The notes under the pieces were generated by a model, which saw only the letters and a program-made list of their open reading frames with translations, searched no databases and had not been told where the DNA came from. Positions 55,282 through 64,000 of a stretch of DNA of 64,000 nt are shown here, piece after piece. How positions within the stretch are numbered: position 1 is the stretch's first letter; each line of letters starts with the position of its first letter. A program made the position numbers and the translations under genes. Origin of the DNA: Octopus sinensis (lineage: Eukaryota); assembly GCF_006345805.1 (NCBI RefSeq), contig NC_043011.1:44652464-44716463 (forward strand), read 5' to 3'.

Positions 55282-55950
55282 AAGTTTAAAAAGTGCAAAA
55301 AAAAATTCGCGGACGTGTACACAGATATACCGATACACATAACATATATATCCACAAAATGAAACTTGAATTTTTGAAAATAAATTGTGATGTGTATCAA
55401 TATATATGTGTGCGCGACCTCTATTTTTTTCACATAAATTCTGATATGGTCGTAATGTACGCTATGTGAGAGGTATTTGTAGAATATTTCCGTAAAAGGC
55501 ATAAATATTTTTCTGAAAATTATAAGGAAATAATTGTGTGGAGGGCACACTTGTGAGGGTCTGCTCAAAATATCCCCCACAAACACCAAAAACAAGGTGA
55601 AGATGACTCTGAGAAAATATGCTAGAAATAACAGCCAAATGTCACAAAACTGCGATAACATAATTAAAGAAATATGTTATCAAACTATTCATCTTTCTGC
55701 AAAGGTTTCTTTCAGAATAATTTCCTGTAGTAATGTGATAAAGTGAAATGAAAGTTATTTTTTTTTTACAACTGAAACCTCCGCCATGTGCGCCGTTGGA
55801 ATTTAGCGGGGATAAACTTCGGCAATTTCATATCGCCCGATGATCCAGCGATATACTTCAACCGTCTTTTGATTCGGGACCAATAGGCCTCAGTTGTGCG
55901 TTTTAAAAGACACTAATTAAAATAATTTTCGTGTATAGTCTTCCGTGTAT

Positions 55951-57339
55951 TCAGGAACCTGGATATAATGTTTGCAGCCTCCACAAGAAACTTATGAAGT
56001 CGCTGGGTTGGTGATGAGACAACCTGTACGAAAAGGAACCGAGCGACATACTACTTCAGGTACTCGGGCCTCATTCCAGATCGAATTATGCTGCTCTTGA
56101 GGGTTACCCGTAAACACTCAATATTTTGAGTGTGGACTGATGGGTTGACGGGATCAACAAAATGCTGACTCTAGTTCACTTGATAGTATGTATACCCCAG
56201 ATTGTTGAGGTTGCTATAGGAACGCCAACATTCAGTATAAATAATTGAGCCCTGCCTGATGTAATGGGTAATAAGGGTCAGTATAAAGATCTTCACCCGG
56301 GAATTAAAAAAAAAATTAATTAACCAGCCTGGTGAGTGTTAACAAGTATATAAAAAAAGAATATAAAAAAAATGCGCGCCGACGACCCTGGGTGGATGGG
56401 GAGGAGACTTTCGGAAAATTCACAAGATCTGATTTTTCCGTCATAACTTCCAGTAAAATGGATATATATTTTTTTACGGAATCCCACGTTTTTGATTATG
56501 GAGGATCCGGTTCTGAAAAAAAATTTTGAAAATTCGCATTTTCAAAATTTCAATTACCGTCCCCATACAACCCCTTCATTTTTCACTTTTTCCGGTTTAT
56601 TATTTTTTTTTTTTTTTGCGAAATACGTAGAAAAATACGGTTTATGCTTCTTTTCTTTGTTCTCGGCTGAAGATCTTTAAATTAACCGTAATAAGCGGAG
56701 TAAGACTCCCAGCATCTCGTCTATCAGTCTCACCAGATTCGTTTAGCAGTGGAACCATGAATGCCTTCTTATTTACGGGTTCAAGTCCGCCAAAAAGCCA
56801 ACCCGTTTTCACAATCCTGCCGCTTTGGTATTTTCGACGGACCAAAACCGTCTCATCAACTTCTACTTCAACCCCCGGTCCTCCGATAACAGTTTGGTGG
56901 TTTTCTGCACAAAACTGGCAGGACTCCGAACAGAAAGACCTCCAATCTACGGAGGTTTTACGGCAGAATCCGAGGTTTTCCTCTATTAATTTGTGCGACT
57001 AAGATGTACTGGGGAAATGGTTGATAAAAAGAAAAACTTTCGAAGGTGGAAGATGGACGCCTTCCAGAAAGGTGCCCTTAAATATAGATATGGAATATCC
57101 ACATCCCCTTCTCGACCGTCCACGTCGTCGCATCACCTTATGGTAGTGCCATATGTTTGTCCCTTGACGCAAAATGCACGGGGCATTGCAGTTCGGACAA
57201 TCTCGTGTACGTGGCAGGAGGCCGTGTTCGGCTAAAAATTCAATGGAGCACCATCCTTGCCGTAGAAACAGGATATGCTTTCATATAGAGTGACGTTGCA
57301 AGAGTTACAAAGAGCCAGGCTGTTTTATGAAGTCTTCAT
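55951..57339 (-). pseudogene. Merlin-superfamily (IS1016/ISXO2-like DDE) transposase pseudogene, about 320 aa after removing the nested insertion
   Basis: Minus strand reads IEFLAEHGLLPRTRDCPNC...TSVDWRSFCSESC..VIGGPGVEVEVDETVLVRRKYQSGRIVKTGWLFGGLE..AFMVPL..DRRDAGSLTPLIT|HYIRQGSIIYTECWRSYSNLNNLGY..VN*SQHFVDP..VHTQNIE. D1 is at 56855-56857, D2 is changed to E at 56231-56233, and the E is at 56117-56119. Stops occur at 56999, 56171 and 56051, with probable terminal frameshifts. Confidence 0.88.
56276..56687. mobile_element. 412-bp non-autonomous element (Merlin-type MITE) nested in the transposase
   Basis: Exact 8-bp TSD gtaataag (56268-56275 / 56688-56695), GG termini, and TIRs matching 23/28. 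Removing it restores the transposase reading frame. Confidence 0.85.
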
Positions 57340-58304
57340 ATTTGAAGGTGTAAATTAAATGTGAAAATATTAGTGTGATTATTTCGCTCGTAGTGTGGTA
57401 GGGCAATCTCTCGTTTTCTCCTTGAAGGCGACGGCATTCGGCAAATTCCGTAAATTCACTGAACCATGGCGGAAACGTAAACGGACCCCTCTACCCATTT
57501 AGAAATTTTTTTTTTTTTACGGAATCCCACGTTTTCGGCTATGGAAATTCCGATTCTGAAAAAAATTGTTTTCAATTTTCCATTAAAAAAAAATACTCCA
57601 ACCCCCTTTCCTTGCACAAACTACATTGAGGCCTATTGGTCCCGAATCAAACAAGACGGTTGACGTATATCACTGGATCATCAGGCGATATGAAATGGTC
57701 TCGCGTCGACGAATCTATATATCGACAATTGTATGGATTTAAGGCGAAGAAAAATTTCCAGAATTTCTACACATTTCTCAAACATAATGCCGAAGTGTAT
57801 CCAGGATAAATTCCAACGGCGCGCATGGCAGAAGGTTCAGTTGTAAAAAAAAAATAAAATGAACACTTTCATTTCACTTTGTTATATTACTCACGGGAAA
57901 TTATTCTGAAAGAAACTTTTCCAGAAAGGTGAGTAGATTGATTACATATTTTTCTTTCATTATGTTATCGCAGTTTTGCATGATTTGGCTGTTATTTCTA
58001 GCATATTTTCCCACGTCGATTGAAAAAAAAAAAAAAAAAAATTCGAAAAAAGTTAAAATTTAAAAATTTAGGGTGGGGAGGGGGAATTAAAAATTTTGGA
58101 AAAAATGGTTTTTTGCATATTCGGAATCTCCGTCATTGAAAACAGGAATCCACTGGAAAAAAATTTTTTTTTTTTTTAAAGGGTCGATTTTTCGTGTCGG
58201 TGTACTTGTAAACATTAACCCCAAAGTCGTATTATCAATTTGTATTCACAACCGTAGTGATGTACGAAAATTATGGAACAATTAACGAAGCAACTACCTC
58301 AGAA

Positions 58305-59058
58305 GACAATTGCAGCGTGGAAGGTGTTTATAATCCATTTAAGAAACACACAAAAACCGTTGGATTCGCCTTAACGGCAATCTTTCGTCTCTAGTAGACC
58401 TTTCCGTCGATTTCCGTAAAAATTTTTTTTTTACATATGGGCTTGCGGAAACTTTTGAAGTAATGAGAGCGAAAGAGACTAAGAGAAAGCGATTGTATGA
58501 CGAGGGAAATTCTTTTGAAGTTACCGTGCATGGGAAGCATTGATGTACATGTGTGTGTGTGTGTGTTTGATGGGGTGTGGGAGACAGACAGTATGTTGTG
58601 TAAGTGAAGTGCTTCTGTTAGTGTGTGTGAAGAGACAGAGTAATGTGTGAAAGAAAGAGATAACTGAAATTTTTTACTCGGTGTATGTGTATATGTATCT
58701 ATATTACTTCAAAAGTTCCCGCAAGCCCATATGTAAAAAAAAAAAATTTTTTACGGAAATCGATGGAAAGGTCTACTAGAGACGAAAGATCGCCCACTTT
58801 AACATTTAAATTTAATTTGTCAAAATATTTTCGTCGCTTTGAGACCGCGACCTGTTCACTGACAAAATTCCGTGCTGCATATCTTCTACTTGAACCCCCG
58901 GTCCTCCAATAACAAGCACGGAATTTTGTCAGTGAACAGGTCGCGGTCTCAAAGCGACGAAAATATTTTGGCAAATTAAATTTAAATGTTGAAGTGAATC
59001 TAACGGAATTTTTTGTGTTTCTTAAATGGCTTATAAACACCTTCCATACGGCAATTGT
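58305..59058. repeat. Inverted repeat pair 58305-58464 / 58703-59058 around a 238-bp spacer
   Basis: attacttcaaaagtt.ccgcaagcccatatg...gacgaaagat.gcc...aaacaccttcca...caattg is present in both orientations. The hairpin occurs only in the right arm. Confidence 0.75.
58795..58996. mobile_element. 202-bp foldback element with a Merlin-transposase-derived loop
   Basis: Arms 58795-58876 / 58915-58996 match 80/82. Loop 58884-58914 matches the transposase at 56861-56891 (29/31). Confidence 0.7.
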
Positions 59059-59131
59059 TTTTGTTTCAGCAGACGATCTCAAATCAGGTCACTTGCTATG
59101 CAAGTACATCTCCGTAATACCTTAGAAGAAA

Positions 59132-59526
59132 TCTCTCTATATAAAGCTGAAGTTGTCTGTGTATGGCAGGTTTGGTAGCCTTCAACTAACTCTATCTCCT
59201 CCGAGACCCTGCGGCGCAAGTTGACCAAAATTGAGAGTATGATAGAAGAAGGCTTGCTCTTCATTCTGTAGAAGATAAAATTCAAATCGGACAGTGTTAA
59301 CACCCAAAATTATTTACATCAAAAAGGTGATTTTTTTCTATGAAAATCCCTATTTTTTACGATTTTTTGACTGCTGTGTTGCCATTTTTCGGTGTATTTC
59401 AACCAGAAAAATGTTCACTTAAAGAGAATGGAAGCTACATAATGCAAAATTTTTAGTTTCCAAAAATTCCAATTCTAAAGGGTCGAAAAGAAAACAAACC
59501 CGAGCAACGTTGGGCGATACTGATAG
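59132..59526 (+). mobile_element. Non-autonomous Helitron-like element (different internal region)
   Basis: A|TCTCTCTATATAAAG start; 3' cccgagcaacgttgggcgatactgatag|t is a decayed hairpin and CTAG. Confidence 0.65.
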
Positions 59527-61115
59527 TTTGTCATAAAGACAGTTACAAAGATTAGGTAGCTTTGCAGGTTGGACAAGACATTTGTTGTGATTTTAGTTTT
59601 GATTACGTGATTTTGATTGTCTCGATTGCTGTTTGCACGGAGTTCTGTTCTTTTAGCAGACGACATGTTCTGTTTGCAGACGACATGTTCAGCGTTGATT
59701 TTAGTCGAGAATGTAGCAACTCGCTGCATAAAAATGTTATTGCGTTGAAGTTTGGTTTTGCTTACAATTTTTGCAATCTTTGTTTGTATTGTATATTGCT
59801 GTATTTTTAGTCGATTAAAACCTTTTAAACTTTGATATTCGAGTTTGGTAATGATAATGATAAACGAGAATGATAAGGGTTGGAGAAGACAGAAAGCTGT
59901 CCGCCGACCCTCTGCTTCTCTATAACATTGTTCTTTCACAAACATGCATTGAGGTATTCAACCTCTAATATTTTTCAATATTTAAGCATTTATTGAGGTA
60001 TTAACACTCTTACAATTTTTCAATATTAAACATATGCATCGAGGTATTAAACCTCTTACAATTTTTCAACACGTACAATTTATTCGGACTAAAAAGTCCA
60101 TTACAAATTTAACACATACTTTATTTTATTTCATTTTATCAAATTTGCCATAAAGGCAGTACATAGAGTAAGGTAGCTTGCGGGCTGGACATGGACATTA
60201 ATGAGTGAATGATAAGGATGGGAGAAGACGAAAAGCGCCTGCCGACTTTTGCTTCTCTAAAATATTGTTCTTGTTATTTAAAAATACTAAATGAGGTATT
60301 AACCCTCTTACAATTTTATAACACTTTTATGGCCTAAAATGTCCATTACAATTAAAAACAATTACATAAATGAGTCTTTAATTAACTTTCTTGCCTCCTG
60401 CAGGCATTCCAGCAGCCGCAAGTTGGGGTCCTTTACAAACCTCTTATACTAATCCCCGCTTAACTCTCTCGCGGTCTTCAAACAATCCTGCACCATGAGC
60501 CAACTCTTACTTTCCAGCAGCAGCAGCAGCAACTCAAATGCTTTTAAATCACATCCCAATACTGAATGATCAAGAATCAAATGAAGGGCAGATTTTCAAT
60601 CCCGTAATCATTCTGATTCAAAAAAGGTACAATACGTGTATGTAGAGGAAATGTAGACTGATGTACCGCGGTCGCAGACGTACAGAAGTTCCTGAAATTT
60701 CAAGAAAAACATTATGAAACATTTTAATAGCAGCAAACTTGTGTTTTATTTAAACACTTACCCAGTTTATAACTTATTCTCTCCATATACCTATGGACTA
60801 TATATGTTGAGTAACCATTATTCATGTCCATAACCCGGTGAGCAGCAGATTAGTTAGCACGCCGGCGGCATTTCGTACACCTTTGCAATCTGAGTTTAAA
60901 TTCCACCGAGGCCGATGGTTCCCTTGATCCTTTTGTTGTTGATAAAATAAAGGCCACTCAAGCTTTGGGTCAATATGATCGACTACTCGCTCCCACAAAT
61001 TTCAAGCCTTCATCCTATAGTAGAAAAGAATATTTCATGTACGAGATTTATTTACCGAGCCTTAGTATTACTCCTCACCACCATCATTCCGTACTGTGAG
61101 ACGATTGTTTACAAT

Positions 61116-61432
61116 GAAATATTCTGTGTGAATATATCAAGAGTGAAGTATCGTTTCTGGTTGGAACCTCCAGGTTTCCTGTCCTGAAATTGCCTGGTTA
61201 AGAGTTTATACAGTTGGAGGAACAATACCAGACACATTGTAACTATGTTATGGTACCAACCAGCATGTTACAGAGGGTGTTTAAGAACTCAAAGGTGCAT
61301 AAAACGGTAGACCCACACAATTGTGTCCCCGACTTTCTTTCCTGATAATTTCCAGGAAGATGGGTATATTTTTAATGAAATTTTCTTCAAATACCTTTAA
61401 GATGGTGTACATTACGATTATAGCAGAATTTA
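61116..61432. repeat. ~316-bp dispersed direct repeat, copy 2
   Basis: gagtgaagtatcgtttctggttggaacctcc...tacgattatagc.gaatttaa is shared with 54966-55281. Confidence 0.8.
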
Positions 61433-61762
61433 ATATGGAATTTAAGATGAAGGTTAAGGTATGAGGGGAGATTTTGGGATAGAGCATGTTCTTGTAGAGA
61501 ATCTAAAAGGTAGAACTCAGTTTCCATGCTAGCATGGGTTGGACATATATATTATTTAGGCATTATTTTACAGCCATATATATGTCTTTTGCTGTCACTT
61601 ACCATTTTTTTCTTCTTGTATTTTTTTGTCTTTCTGGAGTAAGAGAGATCCCTTATTTCACTTGGCTTTGAAAGCATGAAGGAAACAATCTGTGACCCCA
61701 AAACTCTGGAGCTTGTGACATTTGTAGTGAGCAAATGTAAACAAATATGCACACATACACAC

Positions 61763-61818
<56 letters not shown>

Positions 61819-62014
61819 TGTGTGTGTGTGTATTGTGTGTCATCACCATCATTTAACATCCTGGGTTTCCAAGCTGGTATGGGTTAAACATATATATGTA
61901 TATATGAATGCATGTGTGTATGTATATGTATGTGTGTATGTATATATATATATATGTATATATATATGCAATATATATGTGTGTATATATATATATAATA
62001 TATATATATATATA

Positions 62015-62045
<31 letters not shown>

Positions 62046-62966
62046 TACATACATACATTCATACATGTGTGTGTGTGTATGGCATTTAATCTAGGTCAGT
62101 GAGGAGGAAAGAGAAAATGTCCATATTTCATATTTTGACACTTTTATCTCAGTTCAATCCAGCCATGAGTTTTTCCTCTACTTTCTGATTTATTAAAAAC
62201 AACAACAGCAACAACTGCTGTTATATACATAAAATACATAAACTAACATCATCATCATCATCATCATCATCACTATCACCAACACCACCAACATCAACAT
62301 CACAATCATCATGACTATCATGACCATCATCACCACCATCACCATCACCTCCACCACCATTGCCATCATCATCATGCTCATCATCACCAGCATCACCACT
62401 ATTGCCATCATCATTATCATTATCTTCCTCCTCCTCATCATCATTATAATCATCCTCCTCATCATCATCATCACCACCCCTGCACCCAGCAACACTACCT
62501 ACCATCACCACAACTACTGCCACCACACCACCACCACCACCGCCATCAATATCTTCAAGATTATCAACAACAAAGTACCATACAAGATAAATATTTATCT
62601 ATATATACTTATCTCCAAACTTTATCCAGGGGTCCAGTGTTCCACCACCATCATCACTACCATCATCCCTGTAACTATATCTGAGTAACCATCACCACCA
62701 CCATCACCACTACTATCACTGCCACCAACATAGCTACACTGCCCACTGGGCCCACTCCTATATTTATAAGTGAATGTTGATTTTTCTATCTTTGTTCAAC
62801 TTCTAGCTACGTCCCCACCTAATAATAAAGACCCCCCCTCGTTCCCATAACCATGGTTCACACTTGAACCCCACTCCACTTTATCTCTATGACATCTGCA
62901 TCAGTAAAATTATATCACTGCCCAACCCCACTGCCACTACAGTGCTCTTTTGATCCATATTTATAA

Positions 62967-62998
<32 letters not shown>

Positions 62999-63082
62999 TG
63001 TATATATATATATTTATATGTATGTGAGTATATATATATGTGTGTGTGCATATATATACATATCTCTCTCTGTCTGTGTGTA

Positions 63083-63137
<55 letters not shown>

Positions 63138-63630
63138 TTATCTATCTATCTATCTACGTACCTATTTATCTATCTATCTATTTATCTATCTATCTACGTA
63201 CCTATCTATCTATCTATCTATCTATTTACGTACTTATCTGTATATATGTATTTAAAAGTTTTTGCCAAAAATATACTTGAGTCACAATATTTTCTTAAAA
63301 ATTATCAACTATTCTAAAAAAATCTTAGAAAAACAGAACATGAATCTTTTGGGATGAAGTTTTTGAATTTTGTGTGTAAGGGCTTTCATTGTTTAGTTTC
63401 ACAAACATGCATAATGGGGCAAGATGTATAGAGGACATTCATGGATATATGAGTGTGTGTATATTTTACACACACACACACACACACACACGTATGTATG
63501 TATGTATGTATGTATGTATATATATATATATATATGTTGTGTGTGTGTGTGTGTGTGTGTGTGTTTGTGTATATATATATGTGTGTGTGTATATATATAT
63601 GTATGTCTGTGTGTGTATATATATGTATAC

Positions 63631-63674
<44 letters not shown>

Positions 63675-64000
63675 AACCAGCTTAGGGAAGAAAAAGAAAC
63701 GAAACTAAACAAATCGAATTGAATCGACGCGAGGGCGCTCAGTCATACAATAGTGTAATAAATAAAATATATGCATACATACAAACATATATGTACGTAC
63801 CTACATCTACATGTATATATACATGCATATATAAATATATATACGTGTGTACAGGACACCACAAATAGACGTAGAACTCAACGAGAAACGAAAAAGTAAA
63901 AACAGCATGGAACGGACCATTTTTTTAACAACGAAAAAACAGAGTACAAGACAACTACACAAGGAAAAATCCCCTTCATCAGCTGTCCCTAGTTCAACTC

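Larger units (their letters stand above)
55613..58010 (-). mobile_element. Merlin DNA transposon (decayed) with long inverted repeats
   Basis: Inverted arms at about 55613-55900 and 57613-58010 (right arm has a ~90-bp insert) directly flank the transposase. The outer ends and TSD are not resolved. Confidence 0.7.

Noticed and set aside
60403-60627. Exon-like segment (ctgcag|G...AG|gtac) with a poly-Ala frame
   Set aside because: All frames contain stops and no protein family was recognised.
54966-61432. Interpreting the 316-bp direct repeats as LTRs
   Set aside because: No clean TG...CA ends, PBS/PPT, TSD or gag/pol remnants between them.
63960-63985. CTGATGAAGG..CCTT on the minus strand
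   Set aside because: No GAAA or NUH follows, and the window edge truncates the context.

Overview
AT-rich, microsatellite-dense animal DNA with no prokaryotic features. The SINE repertoire (recalled from memory, not searched) points to an Octopus genome. Only one host coding exon is supportable: a minus-strand first coding exon (28104-27804) encoding a WAVE-homology domain of the NHS/NHSL/GUKH type. It ends at a phase-1 GTAAGT donor, so 1-27803 is probably its large first intron. The rest is mobile DNA: four tRNA-derived SINE families, CR1 and RTE LINE fragments, four non-autonomous Helitron-like elements, and piggyBac-like and Tc1/mariner-like MITEs. At 55.6-59.1 kb lies a decayed Merlin (IS1016/ISXO2-like) transposon whose transposase is split by a nested MITE with an exact 8-bp TSD. 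The least expected signal is a set of hammerhead-ribozyme-like motifs in Penelope-like remnants: near-complete type I folds at 42699-42789 and 23293-23350, and minimal or variant cores near 44.35, 23.88 and 16.24 kb. All five lie on the minus strand, and three fall inside the putative intron in sense orientation. Coordinates and alignments were made by eye; TE family names come from recalled signatures and need database confirmation.
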